A stretch of DNA of 64,000 bases from an uncultured Clostridia bacterium (GTDB lineage: Bacteria > Bacillota > Clostridia > UMGS1883). Every line of letters begins with the position of its first letter. Position 1 is the stretch's first letter. This document shows positions 37,501 to 48,989 of the stretch, in pieces. The notes below the pieces were generated by a model. The model did no database searches, had not been told where the DNA came from, and worked only from the letters and a program-made list of their open reading frames with translations. The stretch lies in contig CANQRB010000004.1 of the NCBI GenBank assembly GCA_947626145.1, forward strand, positions 29,250 to 93,249, written 5' to 3'. The position numbers and the translations under genes are program-made.

Positions 37501-38549
37501 GCCCCATCCCCCCTGACTATGTCATTAAGAACGGATTTGTGTACCTTCATGTAATAGCCCTCTCCCATCTCGTGAACCAGCACGATGCTCAGACTGTCGC
37601 CCTTGCGCTTTTTGTCGTGAACGGCAGCGGAGGCCAGCTCGGCCCGGTGTTCGCAGTCGGTGGGAAGGCCGTATTTTTTGTTAAGGGCTTTTATGATGTC
37701 GAGGGTTCCGGCCTTGGTGTACCCCATCTTTTCGGCGTACTCGGTCATGATGCACATACCGATGGCCACGGCGGCCCCGTGGCTAAGGGTTCCGTAACCG
37801 TAGTAATTTTCCACGGCGTGGCCTATCGTGTGTCCGAAATTGAGGAGCATACGTTCGCCGGTGTCCCGCTCGTCATTCATCACTATTTCGGCCTTTATCT
37901 CGCAGCACCGGGCCACGACATCGGCCAGATCATAATCGCCGGAAAGGAGGGCCTCGCCCATCTTCTTATCCCTGATGGCGGCGTATTTGATTATTTCCGC
38001 CATGCCGCAGGCCACCTCGCGTTCGGGCAGGGTTTTGAGGGTGTCCATATCAATTATGACCGCGGAGGGCTGATAAAACGTGCCCACAAGGTTCTTGCCT
38101 ACAGGGAGATTGACGGCGGTCTTGCCGCCGACGGAGCTGTCCACCTGACTCAGCAGCGTTGTAGGCACCTGCACAAGGGTCACGCCCCGGAGCACCGTGG
38201 AAGCCACGAAGCCCGCCAAGTCCCCCACAACTCCGCCGCCAAGGGCGATAACGCAGTCCGTGCGGGAAAAGTCGTTTTCCAGTATCTCGCCGCAGACCCG
38301 CTCAAAGACGGAGATGCTCTTGCTGTTCTCCCCAGCCTCCACCACTACCTTAAACGGATTTGCTCCGGCGGCGGTGAGCTGGGCCTCCAGCGCGGAATAA
38401 TAAAGGGGCTCCACATTGGTGTCGGTTATCACGGCGGCTTTTCTGCCCTTTACTATCGGCTCGAGGATTGAGGCGCAGCCCTTCAGCAGCCCGCTCTCAA
38501 TATAGATTTTATATTCCCTGCCGGGAATGTTAACGTCAATGGTACGCAT
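37497..38549 (-). CDS. aroB: 3-dehydroquinate synthase
   Basis: NAD-binding GGGVVGDLAGFVAS and metal-binding HGHAVAIGM motifs. Confidence 0.9.
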   Translation of the reverse strand: MRTIDVNIPGREYKIYIESGLLKGCASILEPIVKGRKAAVITDTNVEPLYYSALEAQLTAAGANPFKVVVEAGENSKSISVFERVCGEILENDFSRTDCVIALGGGVVGDLAGFVASTVLRGVTLVQVPTTLLSQVDSSVGGKTAVNLPVGKNLVGTFYQPSAVIIDMDTLKTLPEREVACGMAEIIKYAAIRDKKMGEALLSGDYDLADVVARCCEIKAEIVMNDERDTGERMLLNFGHTIGHAVENYYGYGTLSHGAAVAIGMCIMTEYAEKMGYTKAGTLDIIKALNKKYGLPTDCEHRAELASAAVHDKKRKGDSLSIVLVHEMGEGYYMKVHKSVLNDIVRGDGA

Positions 38550-38650
38550 TACATCAGATCCTTACAGTATGATATACTATTTTACTATAATTTTGGTTTT
38601 TTGTCAATAGAAAAAGGGGCCGCAATTCTGCGACAAAAAAATCTATTGCA

Positions 38651-38679
38651 TTTTTCGGAAATATGTGATAGAATGTTAA
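38651..38679 (+). promoter_or_regulatory. Candidate promoter TTGCAT-17-TAGAAT for the yihY-like gene
   Basis: Hexamers with 17-nt spacing about 30 nt upstream of the GTG start. Confidence 0.4.
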
Positions 38680-38709
38680 TGTACTGATTTTTCCAAAGGT
38701 GGCGGATGC

Positions 38710-39612
38710 GTGAAAACTCTGAGAGCTTTAAGAGATATAATACTCAGCGGGGCCAACAAGCTGGCCCACGACAGCATAGGGGCCTACTCGGCGCAGGCGG
38801 CCTTCTTTCTGCTTACCTCTCTTTTCCCGTTCATAATGCTGCTGCTGTCCCTTTTGCAGTTCTTCCCCTTCGAAATGGAGGATCTGATAAGCGCCGCCAC
38901 CGGCGTCATGCCCGACGCCATAAAGGGCTTTCTTGTGCCGGTAATAACCGAAATATACGAAAAGGGCACTCCCGCCCTCATTTCAGTGGCCGCCATTACC
39001 ACCCTGTGGTCCGCGTCCACGGGGGTAAACGCTGTCGTCCGCGGCCTGAGCCGTATCTTCGACACCGACAAAACCGAAACATGGATAAGGCTGAGGCTGG
39101 AATCCATAGTCTATATGCTCTGCCTCATCATAGTTATCATTCTGTCCCTGGGCCTGTCGGTGTTCGGCAGCTCCTTCATGGGGAAAATACTGGAGTTTTT
39201 CCCCGCCCTGAACAAGCTCGGCTTTCTCTCCCAGGGGGTGCGGCTGGTGTGCAGCTTTTCACTGCTTACGCTGATTTTTGACCTTGTGTACATCTTCGCC
39301 CCGCTGCGCAAGAGCCGGTTCACGGCCCAGCTCCCCGGAGCCATCGTGGCCGCCGTGGGCTGGATGGGATTTTCCTTTCTTTACTCCTTCTATGTTGACA
39401 ATCTGGCCAACTTCAGCGTTTACGGCAGCCTTGCGGCGGTAGTTTTCTTTATGCTGTGGATGTACGTATGCTTCTACATACTCTTTATCGGGGCGGAGAT
39501 CAACGTGTTCATCAACGTCCTGCTAAACCGGCTCAAAGCCCTGCGCCGCCCCGAATCCGAAAGCAAAAATTCCGTCAAAAAGAAAGCAGAAGAGTCTGAA
39601 GCTCGTCCATAG
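38710..39612 (+). CDS. YihY/BrkB family inner-membrane protein
   Basis: Six TM helices; YihY-like N-terminal motif (AYSAQAAFFLLTSLFPFIMLL); GTG start with AAGGTGG RBS. Confidence 0.75.
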   Translation: MKTLRALRDIILSGANKLAHDSIGAYSAQAAFFLLTSLFPFIMLLLSLLQFFPFEMEDLISAATGVMPDAIKGFLVPVITEIYEKGTPALISVAAITTLWSASTGVNAVVRGLSRIFDTDKTETWIRLRLESIVYMLCLIIVIILSLGLSVFGSSFMGKILEFFPALNKLGFLSQGVRLVCSFSLLTLIFDLVYIFAPLRKSRFTAQLPGAIVAAVGWMGFSFLYSFYVDNLANFSVYGSLAAVVFFMLWMYVCFYILFIGAEINVFINVLLNRLKALRRPESESKNSVKKKAEESEARP

Positions 39613-40219
39613 TGCCGACCGTCCACCGGGCGCCGGCGGCCTCCAGCTCGCCCTCGGCGGCGTAGCCGAAGCCCACGCCCACGGCGCTCACTCCGTTGGC
39701 GGCCGCGCCCAGCACGTCGTGCTCCCGATCTCCTATCATGACGGCCTGCTCCGGAGCGGCCCCCAGCCTTTTCAGAACCTCGGCCACCACCTGAGCCTTG
39801 TCGGTCAGCCGGCCGTCCAGCTCGCTGCCCACTATCAAATCAAGGTACGGCGCAAGGCCGTACTTTTTTACTATCCGCTCGGCGAAGACCTGGGGCTTGC
39901 TGGTGGCGAGGGCAAGGGTTTTTCCGACGGCCTTCAGCTCCCTCAGCAGCTCAACGGCCCCGTCGTAGACCCGATTTTCGAATATGCCGACAGGCGCGAA
40001 GCGCTCCCGGTAGACCGTCACCGCCTCCTCCGCCTGCTCAGGGGTGAAGCCGCAGTAACGCATGAACTGCTCCTTGAGCGGCGGGCCGATAAAGCACACC
40101 AGCTCACCGCAGTCCCGTTCGATGCCGAAGCGGCGCAGGGCGTACTGAACGCATTTGGTTATGCCTTCTTTCGGGTCGGTGAGGGTGCCGTCAAGGTCGA
40201 AAAGAAAATATTTTATCAT
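39575..40219 (-). CDS. HAD-superfamily hydrolase (phosphoglycolate phosphatase-like)
   Basis: Motif I FDLDGTLTD, motif II TSK, motif IV GDREHDV. Confidence 0.75.
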   Translation of the reverse strand: MIKYFLFDLDGTLTDPKEGITKCVQYALRRFGIERDCGELVCFIGPPLKEQFMRYCGFTPEQAEEAVTVYRERFAPVGIFENRVYDGAVELLRELKAVGKTLALATSKPQVFAERIVKKYGLAPYLDLIVGSELDGRLTDKAQVVAEVLKRLGAAPEQAVMIGDREHDVLGAAANGVSAVGVGFGYAAEGELEAAGARWTVGTMDELQTLLLSF

Positions 40220-40554
40220 TTGCAGCCACCGCAGGGCTTAAAAAACTCTTTAATGTTGACCGCAAGCCCGTTTTCTCCGTCCTTAAAGCCCAGCAGATAA
40301 AGGGCGGGGAACATGGTCTCATTTTTGCAGAAGCCGGTCTCAACGCCATTCAGATCAAGATGGTTCAGAGCCGCGCGGATCAAAAGCTCAAAAACGCCGT
40401 CCCTGTCCACAACGTACAGCAGCTCGCCGGTCTCCTTAAAGGCGCACCAACCCTTACAGTCCGGCCCCTCCTGAGCCCAGGCCACGCGCATATCCTCATC
40501 CGGATCGGGGTGAATGGACGCTATTACCTGTTTATTGTCAAAAATTACTACCTT
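40216..40554 (-). CDS. Hypothetical Cys-containing protein (probable GTG start; the ORF-track N-terminus overlaps rluB)
   Basis: ORF continues past the rluB stop; no recognisable motif. Confidence 0.35.
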   Translation of the reverse strand, partial: KVVIFDNKQVIASIHPDPDEDMRVAWAQEGPDCKGWCAFKETGELLYVVDRDGVFELLIRAALNHLDLNGVETGFCKNETMFPALYLLGFKDGENGLAVNIKEFFKPCGGCK

Positions 40555-40556
40555 TA

Positions 40557-41264
40557 TCACTTTTTCCGCCGTCCCTTCAGCTTGTTTATCTCGGCGTCGT
40601 TGAGGTGCCGCCACTTGCCCTCGGGCAGATTGCCGAGGGTCACGCCGCCCACGGCTATGCGCTTAAGGCTCAGAACCTCAGCGCCCACGGCCTCCAGCAT
40701 CTTGCGAACCTGACGGTTGCGGCCCTCGTGAATGGTTATTTTTACCTCGGGGAGCCTGCCGTGGAGCTGTTCCACTCCGGCCGGCGCGGTAAGGCGGCCG
40801 TCGATTTCCACTCCCTTGCGGAGCGCGGCCTCCTCGCTCTTGTCCAAAGGACGGTTGACACGGGCGATATAGACCTTGTCCACCGAATGGCTGGGGTGTG
40901 TGACCTGATTGGCAAAGGCCCCGTCGTTTGTCATGATCAGCAGACCCGAGGTGTCGAAGTCCAGCCGTCCCACCGGGTAAATGCGGGCGTCAATGTCCCC
41001 GACCAGCTCCATCACGGTGGGGCGGCCAAGGTCGTCGCTGACCGTGGTGACGTAATTTTTTGGCTTATTCAGGGCTATATAGTACAGCTTTTTCTCGGGG
41101 GTTATGACCTTGCCGTCAACGCTGACCTCGTCTCCCTCCCCCACCTCGCAGCCCATATAGTCCACCAGACTGCCGTTGACCTGCACCCGTCCGCTTTCGA
41201 TGAGCCGTTCCGCCGCTCTGCGGGAGGCCACGCCGCACATGGCGATATATTTTTGCAAACGCAT
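40557..41264 (-). CDS. rluB: Pseudouridine synthase (RsuA/RluB family) with S4 domain
   Basis: S4 motif (RLQKYIAMCGVASRRAAERLIESGRVQVNG) and catalytic GRLDFDTSGLLIMTNDG. Confidence 0.85.
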   Translation of the reverse strand: MRLQKYIAMCGVASRRAAERLIESGRVQVNGSLVDYMGCEVGEGDEVSVDGKVITPEKKLYYIALNKPKNYVTTVSDDLGRPTVMELVGDIDARIYPVGRLDFDTSGLLIMTNDGAFANQVTHPSHSVDKVYIARVNRPLDKSEEAALRKGVEIDGRLTAPAGVEQLHGRLPEVKITIHEGRNRQVRKMLEAVGAEVLSLKRIAVGGVTLGNLPEGKWRHLNDAEINKLKGRRKK

Positions 41265-42365
41265 TTACATCAGTTCCTTCGCTATTTTTATCAGATTGTC
41301 CAGGAAGCCCTCTTCCTCCTCAATGTCACGGTCGGCCAGCAGATCCACCCCGCCCAGGAACTCTCCCTCGCAGAACATATAGAGCCGGGCCAGCTTTTGG
41401 CCTTTTTTTATGGGCAGTGTCATGTCGCCGGCCTCGGTGCGGTACTCCACGGCCCAAAGCTCGGCTCCGGTCAGTGAGGTGACAAAATCCCCGGCGCATA
41501 CCAGCCCCAGCTCGGAGCTGTCGAGGGTCACCGTCTCCCAAAGCTGGCCCGCCTTGGTGAGGGCGGCCGTTTCATAGTCGCCGAAGCCGTAATCCAGCAG
41601 CCGGGCATGATCCTGCCAGTCGTCGGGGGCGTTGAGAGTCACGGCCACAAGCTCGCGTCCGTCCCGAAGGGCCGAGGAAACAAGGCATCGGCCCGCCTTT
41701 TTGGTGAAGCCGGTCTTGACGCCGGTGCAGCCCTCGTACTGCCAAAGCAGCTTGTTATGATTTTTCAGGCTCCTGTCCCACTCGTGGCCGCTCCAAGGTA
41801 TATTTTTCTGCTTTGTGCCCGCTATTTCTCTGAATTTCGGCAACGTCATGGCATGGCGGGCCAGAACCGCCATATCATAGGCGGTGGTGTAATGGCCGTC
41901 GCCGTCCAGACCGTTCGGCGTCTCGAAGCCGGTGTTATACATTCCCAGCTCCTTCGCCTGGGCGTTCATCAAAGCGACAAAGGCGTCGACGCTTCCGGCG
42001 GTGTGCTCGGCAAGGGCAACGGCGGCGTCGTTGCCGCTGTTCAGCATAAGGCCGTACAGCAGCTGCTCCACCGTGAGCTGCTCACCGGCGGCAAGCCATA
42101 TCGACGAGCCCTCAACTCCCGAGGCCACGGGACTGACCGTGACAACGTCGGCCATGGAGCAGTTTTCTATGGCGAGGACGGCCGTCATGATTTTTGTGGT
42201 GCTGGCCATAGGCAGACGCTCGAAGCCGTTTTTCTCGTACAACAGCCGGCCCGAGGCGGCGTCCATGAGCACGGCACTGCGGGCGGAAAGGCCCTCCGGC
42301 GCCTGAGCGTGAGCCGCGGCCGTAAGAAATATTACCGTAAAGATAATTGCCGTCAGTTTTTTCAT
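41265..42365 (-). CDS. dacB: D-alanyl-D-alanine carboxypeptidase (S11, PBP5-like) with signal peptide
   Basis: SxxK (ASTTKIMT), SxN (SGND) and KTG motifs; signal peptide MKKLTAIIFTVIFLTAAAHA. Confidence 0.85.
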   Translation of the reverse strand: MKKLTAIIFTVIFLTAAAHAQAPEGLSARSAVLMDAASGRLLYEKNGFERLPMASTTKIMTAVLAIENCSMADVVTVSPVASGVEGSSIWLAAGEQLTVEQLLYGLMLNSGNDAAVALAEHTAGSVDAFVALMNAQAKELGMYNTGFETPNGLDGDGHYTTAYDMAVLARHAMTLPKFREIAGTKQKNIPWSGHEWDRSLKNHNKLLWQYEGCTGVKTGFTKKAGRCLVSSALRDGRELVAVTLNAPDDWQDHARLLDYGFGDYETAALTKAGQLWETVTLDSSELGLVCAGDFVTSLTGAELWAVEYRTEAGDMTLPIKKGQKLARLYMFCEGEFLGGVDLLADRDIEEEEGFLDNLIKIAKELM

Positions 42366-42419
42366 ACCCTTATCCCCTTCACAAAATGCTACTATCATTT
42401 TATGAGGGCTTGTTCGGTT

Positions 42420-43799
42420 TTATTTAAGATTTTCCAGAGTCTCCTTCGCCGCCGCGATGGATTTTGCCACAGCCGACGGAGCCGGCCCGCCGGTGACGGT
42501 GCGGCCGTTCACACAGGTCTCAAGGCTTATTTCCCCGTAAATGTCCTCGCCGATGAGGGGGCTGCACTCCCTCAGCTCCTCAAGGCTCAGCTCATCGATG
42601 CCGACGCCCTTCTTTTCGGCGACAAGCACCATATGTCCCACCACGGCGTGGGCCTCACGGAAGGGCAGGCCGTGCTTCACAAGGTAGTCGGCCACATCGG
42701 TGGCGTTGGTAAAGCCGCCGTTGGCGCCCCTGTACATATTTTCGCCGTTTATCTTCATTGTCGCCACCATGCGGGTGAACACCGGCAGGCAGAGCTTAAC
42801 CGTGTCTATGGCGTCGAACAGAGCTTCCTTGTCCTCCTGCATATCCTTGTTATAAGCCAGAGGCAGACCCTTCATCACCGTGAGCAGGGCCGTCAGATCC
42901 CCGTAGACCCGTCCGGTCTTGCCACGTATCAGCTCGGCAAAATCCGGATTTTTCTTCTGGGGCATGATGGAGCTGCCGGTGCTGTAGGCGTCGTCCATGG
43001 TGACGAAGCGGAACTCGTTGCTGCTCCAAAGTATAAGCTCCTCGCAGAACCGTGAAAGGTGCATCATTATCACCGAGCAGTCAAACATGGTCTCCAGAGC
43101 AAAGTCCCTGTCGGACACTCCGTCCAGAGAGTTCATGGTTATCGCCGAAAAGCCCAGCTTCTCCGCCACAAATTCCCTGTCAAGGGGGTAAGTAGTGCCG
43201 GCCAGAGCCCCGCTGCCAAGAGGCATAACGTCGGTGCGTTCATAGCAGTCGCCCAGCCTGTCCATATCCCGCAGGAACATATTCACATAGGCCATGAGGT
43301 GGTGGGCCAGGGTGATGGGCTGAGCCTTTTGAAGGTGGGTATAGCCGGGCATAATAGTGCTGAGGTTTTCCCCGGCCAACTTGATAAGCGTTTCGACAAG
43401 CTCCGCCAGCATGGCTTTGATTTCGTTTATAGCGTCCTTGGTGTACATTCTCACGTCCAGCGCCACCTGATCGTTACGGCTGCGGCCGGTGTGGAGGCGT
43501 TTGCCCGCCTCGCCTATACGGTCGGTGAGGATTTTCTCTATATTCATATGGATGTCCTCGGCGTCAACGAGGAACTCCACCTTTCCGGCCTCGATGTCCT
43601 CAAGTATACCGCCGAGGGCCTCGACTATCCGGCGGCTGTCCTCCCCGGGGATTATACCCTGACGGCCCAGCATCTCGGCGTGGGCCATGGAACCCATTAT
43701 ATCCTGACGGTACATCCTTTGGTCAAAGCGTATTGACGACTGAAAGTCGTTGGCCTGAGCGTCGGTGGCCTTTTCAAAGCGTCCGCCCCAAAGCTTCAT
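42420..43799 (-). CDS. argH: Argininosuccinate lyase
   Basis: MKLWGGRF N-terminus; fumarate lyase signature [12 protein letters not shown]. Confidence 0.9.
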   Translation of the reverse strand: MKLWGGRFEKATDAQANDFQSSIRFDQRMYRQDIMGSMAHAEMLGRQGIIPGEDSRRIVEALGGILEDIEAGKVEFLVDAEDIHMNIEKILTDRIGEAGKRLHTGRSRNDQVALDVRMYTKDAINEIKAMLAELVETLIKLAGENLSTIMPGYTHLQKAQPITLAHHLMAYVNMFLRDMDRLGDCYERTDVMPLGSGALAGTTYPLDREFVAEKLGFSAITMNSLDGVSDRDFALETMFDCSVIMMHLSRFCEELILWSSNEFRFVTMDDAYSTGSSIMPQKKNPDFAELIRGKTGRVYGDLTALLTVMKGLPLAYNKDMQEDKEALFDAIDTVKLCLPVFTRMVATMKINGENMYRGANGGFTNATDVADYLVKHGLPFREAHAVVGHMVLVAEKKGVGIDELSLEELRECSPLIGEDIYGEISLETCVNGRTVTGGPAPSAVAKSIAAAKETLENLK

Positions 43800-43864
43800 A
43801 AAAATTTCCCCTTTGCTGCAACTCCCCGGCACGTGTGCGCCGGGGAGTGATGATATTTATTTGT

Positions 43865-45082
43865 TTATTTGTTTTCCTGATTTTGCTTCATGAGCGCGCG
43901 AACCTTGAGGGGCAGGCCGAACAGGTTGATGAAGCCCTCGGAATCCTTATGGCTGTAAAGCTCGTGGCTGTCGCCGAAGCTGGCGATGGTCTCGTTATAA
44001 AGAGAATAGGGGCTCCTGGCGCCGGCGGAGGAAATGCCGCCCTTATAAAGCTTGAGGCGCACCTCGCCGGTGACGGTCTCCTGAGTGCTGTCCACAAAGG
44101 CGGAAATAGCCTCACGGAGAGGGGTGTACCATTTGCCGTCGTAAACCAGCTCGGCAAGCTTGATGGCCACATGACGCTTGAAGGCCTGAGTGTCACGGTC
44201 AAGGCAGAGGTACTCCAGCTCGTTGTGAGCGTAGTAAAGTATCGTGCCGCCGGGGGTCTCGTAGACGCCGCGGCTCTTCATGCCCACAAGACGGTCCTCA
44301 ACTATGTCGGCTATGCCGATGCCGTAGGCGCCGCCTATCTCGTTGAGCTTTTCCACAAGAGCTCTGGGGGCCATTTTTTCACCGTCAAGGGAAACGGCCT
44401 CGCCCTTTTCAAAGCCTATGGTGATATACTTGGGCTCGTCAGGGGTCTTCTCCGGCGGAACGGTGAGCTTGAGCAGATTGTCAAGCTGAGGCTCGTTGGC
44501 GGGATCCTCAAGATCCATGCCCTCGTGGCTGATGTGCCAGATGTTGCGGTCGCGGGAGTAGAGATCCTTCTTGGTAACGGGAACCTGAATGTGATGGGCC
44601 TCGGCGTAGTCCACCGCGTCCTCACGGGACTTGATGTCCCAAATTCTCCAGGGAGCGATTATCTTCAGCTGAGGAGCGAGGGCCTTGATGGTCAGCTCAA
44701 AGCGAACCTGATCGTTGCCCTTTCCGGTGGCGCCATGGCAGATAGCCGTGGCTCCCTCCGCCAGAGCTATCTCAACAAGTCTCTTGGCGATGATGGGGCG
44801 GGCGTGGCTGGTGCCAAGCAGGTACTTGCCCTCATAAACGGCCCCGGCCTTGACCACGGGATAAATGAAGTCCTCAACGTATTCGTCTCTCAGATCCTCA
44901 AGGTAGAGCTTGGAAGCGCCGGCCGCCTTGGCCCGCTGTTCAAGGCCCTCGGTCTCCTTGCCCTGTCCCACGTCGCCGCAGACGGCAATAACCTCGCAGC
45001 CCTCATAGTTCTCCTTGAGCCAGCTTATAATGATGGAGGTGTCAAGACCGCCGGAATAAGCCAGTACGATTTTTTCTGCCAT
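43865..45082 (-). CDS. argG: Argininosuccinate synthase
   Basis: [11 protein letters not shown]-loop and argG signatures. Confidence 0.9.
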   Translation of the reverse strand: MAEKIVLAYSGGLDTSIIISWLKENYEGCEVIAVCGDVGQGKETEGLEQRAKAAGASKLYLEDLRDEYVEDFIYPVVKAGAVYEGKYLLGTSHARPIIAKRLVEIALAEGATAICHGATGKGNDQVRFELTIKALAPQLKIIAPWRIWDIKSREDAVDYAEAHHIQVPVTKKDLYSRDRNIWHISHEGMDLEDPANEPQLDNLLKLTVPPEKTPDEPKYITIGFEKGEAVSLDGEKMAPRALVEKLNEIGGAYGIGIADIVEDRLVGMKSRGVYETPGGTILYYAHNELEYLCLDRDTQAFKRHVAIKLAELVYDGKWYTPLREAISAFVDSTQETVTGEVRLKLYKGGISSAGARSPYSLYNETIASFGDSHELYSHKDSEGFINLFGLPLKVRALMKQNQENK

Positions 45083-45169
45083 TGAAATTCCTCCTAAACA
45101 GTTTTTACGATGTAGTAATTATACATCAAAATGCAAAATTATGCAATACCTTTTTATAAAATTTTTCGG

Positions 45170-45766
45170 CTATTTTAACAGCCCTTTTTGTATACCCTGA
45201 CATATTATCCAGTCGGCAAGGGCAGCGGTCTCGTCGTCCATGGCCGCCTTTACGGGTTCCATGCGCCTGTACACCTGCTCGGCACGGACGTTTCCCTTCT
45301 TCCATGTGTGGTAGTTGGTGAGGTGGTTGTTTATCAGGGGCTGGAGCCGGTCGATGGCGGCGGCGTAGGCCGCGTCGGGAGTGGCTTTTTCGTCAAATTC
45401 CTCCCACAGCAGGCGGTACTCCCGTCCCTGCTCCTCGGGCAAAAGGCCAAAGAGCCGGTCGGCGGCGGCCTTTTCACGGGCGACCTTGTCCCTGCCGGCC
45501 TCCTCGTCGTAGCAGAAGGTATCGCCGGCGTAGACCTCCACAAGGTCGTGTACAAGGGCCATTCTTATCACCATGTCAAGATCGATCTTATCCTTGTCCC
45601 GGGCGTGGTCAAAGAGGGTCAGGGCCATGAGGGCGAAATGCCAGGAATGCTCGGCGTCGGTCTCCTGACGGGAACCGTCGGCAATCAGGGTCTGACGCAG
45701 GACGTTTTTCATTTTGTCCGCCTCGACGAGGAAGCGGAGCTGCTTTTCATAATCCCCGCTTATCAC
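45170..45766 (-). CDS. HD-domain phosphohydrolase (YfbR-like); GTG start overlapping the pepP stop (GTGA)
   Basis: H...HD...D motif (EHSWHFALM...LVHDLVEVYAGD); GGGAGG 6 nt before GTG 45766. Confidence 0.7.
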   Translation of the reverse strand: MISGDYEKQLRFLVEADKMKNVLRQTLIADGSRQETDAEHSWHFALMALTLFDHARDKDKIDLDMVIRMALVHDLVEVYAGDTFCYDEEAGRDKVAREKAAADRLFGLLPEEQGREYRLLWEEFDEKATPDAAYAAAIDRLQPLINNHLTNYHTWKKGNVRAEQVYRRMEPVKAAMDDETAALADWIICQGIQKGLLK

Positions 45767-47544
45767 CGGCACACCTCCCGGGTATACCGTGTCAGCCAGT
45801 CCTGCTCCTCCTGAGAGAGCCGGGGCATGAGGCGCTTGCGGCACTCAAGGTGATAGCGGTTTATCCATTCTATCTCCTCGTCGGTGAGCAGAGAGGGATC
45901 AATGCCGTTTACGTCAATAGGCACGAAGGACAGCAGTCCGAAGCCGTAAAACTCGCCGTGCCCGGTGGTCTTCCACGGCACGACGACAACGTCGTTCTCG
46001 GTGCGGATGCCGTATTTGCCCTCTATGTAAACGCCTGGCTCGATAGTGATGTTCATGCCCGGCTCAAAGGGGATGGAGCGCAGGTTCTGGCTCATGTTCT
46101 GGGGACCTTCGTGTACGTTGAGATAGAAGCCCACACCGTGACCGGTGCCGCACTTGTAGTCGATGCCCTCCCTCCACAGGGGCTCACGGGCCAGAATATC
46201 CAGATTTGCGCCCGCGGCGCCCTTAAGGAAGCGGGCGGAGATAAGGGCTATGCTGGACTTGAGCACAAGGGTGAAATTGCGGCGCTCCTCCTCGGTTATG
46301 GGGCCAAGAACCAAAGTTCTTGTTATATCGGTGCTTCCGTTCAGGTAGTGGCCGCCGGAGTCGATGAGGAGCATACCCTCGGCCTTAAGAACGGCGTTGT
46401 TTTCGGGAGTGGGACTGTAGTGCATCATGGCCGCGTTGCCCCTGTAAGCGGCAATGGTCTCAAAGCTGGGCCCCATGTTGTAGGGCTGCTGAGCCCGAAG
46501 CTCCAGCAGCTTTTCGCACACGTCAAGCTCGGTAATTGGACGGCCGCCGCTGAGGCAGTCATAAATATAGTAAAAGCCCTTGACCAGCGCCACGGCGTCG
46601 TTTTCGTAGCACTCCACAAGATTTTGATTTTCGGTCTTGTTTTTCACGGCCTTGAAGGGCGTCACTATGTCCCAGATGTACTTAAGGCTGCACTTTTGGG
46701 CGGCGGCCGCGAGAGCGCTGTTGTTTATGTCGAAATCCATGCCAAGGGTGCAGTCCTCGCCCAGGGCGGCAATATCGCCGTAAATACCGCCGTATTCATA
46801 CAGGCTGATGCCCTGCTGCTCAAGAGCGTAGCGCTCGTTCTCGCCCACCTTGGCGGGGTCGATATAGAGACGGACGCCGCCGGGGCCGACGAGCAGATAG
46901 CTGAGAGCGAAGGGGCAGCAGTGGATGTCGGAGCCGCGTATATTGCAGAGCCACATGATGCAGTCCAGCTTGCCAACGGCGTAATGGGTGAGGCCGAGCT
47001 TGCTCATCTCCTCGCGGACACGGGCGATCTTGCTCGAGGCGCTCTCCCCGCACCACTTTTCGTCGTGGAGGATTATTTTTCCGTCGGGAATGGGAGGCCG
47101 GTCCTGCCAGATGACTGACAAATCCACGGAGCTGTCCAAAACCAGCTTTTTCTCCCCGAATTTTTTCTTCATATCATTTATCGACGACTGGGAAAACAGC
47201 TTTCCGTTTACGCCTATTTTCGCGCCCTCGGGCAGCTCGTCGCAAAGGAACTGAACGTAGCTCTTCACGCCGGGGTCATAGGCCCGGAACAGCGCTATCT
47301 CGCTGCCGGAGAGCTGGTTTTCCGCCTGAATGTAGTAGCGTCCGTCTGTCCAAAGGCCGCTCCTGTCCTTTGTGACGGCCACGGTTCCGGCGCTGCCGGT
47401 GAAGCCCGAAAGCCAGCGGCGGAACTGATAGTGCTCCGGCACATACTCGCTCAGGTGCGGATCCGCCGAGGGCACAATGCAGGCGTCAAGGCCGTTTTTC
47501 TCCATTTCCTGCCGCAGGAGGGCAAGCTTTTCGTTAACTGTCAT
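45763..47544 (-). CDS. pepP: Xaa-Pro aminopeptidase (M24B, aminopeptidase P family)
   Basis: Creatinase N-terminal domains plus the M24 catalytic domain (HGVGFYLNVHE...IEPGVYIEGKYGIRTEN). Confidence 0.85.
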   Translation of the reverse strand: MTVNEKLALLRQEMEKNGLDACIVPSADPHLSEYVPEHYQFRRWLSGFTGSAGTVAVTKDRSGLWTDGRYYIQAENQLSGSEIALFRAYDPGVKSYVQFLCDELPEGAKIGVNGKLFSQSSINDMKKKFGEKKLVLDSSVDLSVIWQDRPPIPDGKIILHDEKWCGESASSKIARVREEMSKLGLTHYAVGKLDCIMWLCNIRGSDIHCCPFALSYLLVGPGGVRLYIDPAKVGENERYALEQQGISLYEYGGIYGDIAALGEDCTLGMDFDINNSALAAAAQKCSLKYIWDIVTPFKAVKNKTENQNLVECYENDAVALVKGFYYIYDCLSGGRPITELDVCEKLLELRAQQPYNMGPSFETIAAYRGNAAMMHYSPTPENNAVLKAEGMLLIDSGGHYLNGSTDITRTLVLGPITEEERRNFTLVLKSSIALISARFLKGAAGANLDILAREPLWREGIDYKCGTGHGVGFYLNVHEGPQNMSQNLRSIPFEPGMNITIEPGVYIEGKYGIRTENDVVVVPWKTTGHGEFYGFGLLSFVPIDVNGIDPSLLTDEEIEWINRYHLECRKRLMPRLSQEEQDWLTRYTREVCR

Positions 47545-47578
47545 ATTAAATTACCCCTTTCCTCTGTCTAATCTTTAT

Positions 47579-48577
47579 TTATTCCAGTCTCAGCTGAGGC
47601 TCGGCGTTCAGTGTCAGGTCGGCCCGCATACCGGCGGCGTAGTTCAGGTACCCGGCGCAGGAGATCATGGCTCCGTTGTCGGTACACAGGTCTATGGGCG
47701 GGCAGTACATTTTCATGCCCGCGGCCCTGGCGGCGGCTTCAAGGGCCGAGCGCAGGGCGGTGTTGGCGGCCACTCCGCCGGCAAGGCAAACGGTTTTGCA
47801 GCCCGCCTGCTTTGCGGCGCCTACGGTGTTCTCCACCAGCACGTCCACGACCGCCTGCTGGAAGGAGGCGGCAATATCCGCCCGATTGAATTCCTCCCCC
47901 TTCTGTTCGGCGGTGTGAACATAGTTTATCACCGCCGTCTTCAGGCCGCTGAAGCTGAAGTCAAAGCCGTGATGGGGCCGGGGGAAGGCTATGGCGTTGG
48001 GGTCACCCTCCTTCGCCAGAGCGTTGACCTTCGGCCCGCCGGGATAGCCAAGTCCCAGCACACGGGCCACCTTGTCAAAAGCCTCGCCGGCGGCGTCGTC
48101 GGTGGTGGCGCCCAGCACCTCAAACTCGTGATAGTCCTTCACATGGAGGATGTGGCTGTGCCCGCCGGAGGCCACAAGGCAGACAAAGGGCGGTTCAAGC
48201 TCCGGATGGGCGATGTAGTTGGCGGCGATATGGCCCTGAATGTGGTTCACGGGCACGAGGGGCCTGTTTATGCCGTAGGCGAAGGCCTTTGCCACGCTTA
48301 CCCCAACCAGCAGGGCCCCCACAAGGCCGGGATTGTAGGTCACGGCCACGGCGTCCAGCTCTTTTTTGTCTATGCCGGCCTCCTTCAGAGCGGCGTCAAT
48401 TACGTATATAATCTTGTCGATATGCCTGCGGGAGGCTATCTCCGGCACAACGCCGCCGTAGACCTCGTGCAGGGCTATCTGAGTATATATAACGTTGGAG
48501 AGGACCTCCCGCCCGTCACGGGTGACGGAGGCCGCGGTCTCGTCGCAGGAAGTTTCGATGCCTAAAACCAATGCCAT
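47579..48577 (-). CDS. tsaD: tRNA N6-adenosine threonylcarbamoyltransferase
   Basis: [18 protein letters not shown] and HxxGH metal motif ([10 protein letters not shown]). Confidence 0.9.
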   Translation of the reverse strand: MALVLGIETSCDETAASVTRDGREVLSNVIYTQIALHEVYGGVVPEIASRRHIDKIIYVIDAALKEAGIDKKELDAVAVTYNPGLVGALLVGVSVAKAFAYGINRPLVPVNHIQGHIAANYIAHPELEPPFVCLVASGGHSHILHVKDYHEFEVLGATTDDAAGEAFDKVARVLGLGYPGGPKVNALAKEGDPNAIAFPRPHHGFDFSFSGLKTAVINYVHTAEQKGEEFNRADIAASFQQAVVDVLVENTVGAAKQAGCKTVCLAGGVAANTALRSALEAAARAAGMKMYCPPIDLCTDNGAMISCAGYLNYAAGMRADLTLNAEPQLRLE

Positions 48578-48578
48578 A

Positions 48579-48989
48579 CTATCTTCTCCATTTCATAACT
48601 ACCGCGTCCTCGCCGCCGCCATAGTAGTTTTTTCTTATGCCGATCTTTTCAAAGCCCAGCTCCGTATAAAGGGCCATGGCGGGCAGATTGCTGACGCGCA
48701 CGTCCAGAAAGGCCTCGTCGGCGTCCTTTAACGCCTCGCAAACGAGGGCGCGGCCGATCCCCCTGCGGCGCCCGTCGGGAGCGACGGCGATGTTGTATAT
48801 CTCCGCCTCGCCGCAGATACAGGAAAAAATCACGTAGCCGCCGACCTTTCCCCCGTCCCACACAAGAAAGCTCACCCCCGGATGCTCCAGAAAGCTCCGG
48901 AAATCCTCCTCGATCCATGGGTCGTCAAAGGATGCGGCTTCAATACGTACTATTTCGTCCAAGTCGCTGTCATTTGCGGCACGTATCAT
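48579..48989 (-). CDS. rimI: Ribosomal-protein-alanine N-acetyltransferase (GNAT)
   Basis: GNAT motif A ([10 protein letters not shown]), small size, located between tsaC and tsaD. Confidence 0.8.
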   Translation of the reverse strand: MIRAANDSDLDEIVRIEAASFDDPWIEEDFRSFLEHPGVSFLVWDGGKVGGYVIFSCICGEAEIYNIAVAPDGRRRGIGRALVCEALKDADEAFLDVRVSNLPAMALYTELGFEKIGIRKNYYGGGEDAVVMKWRR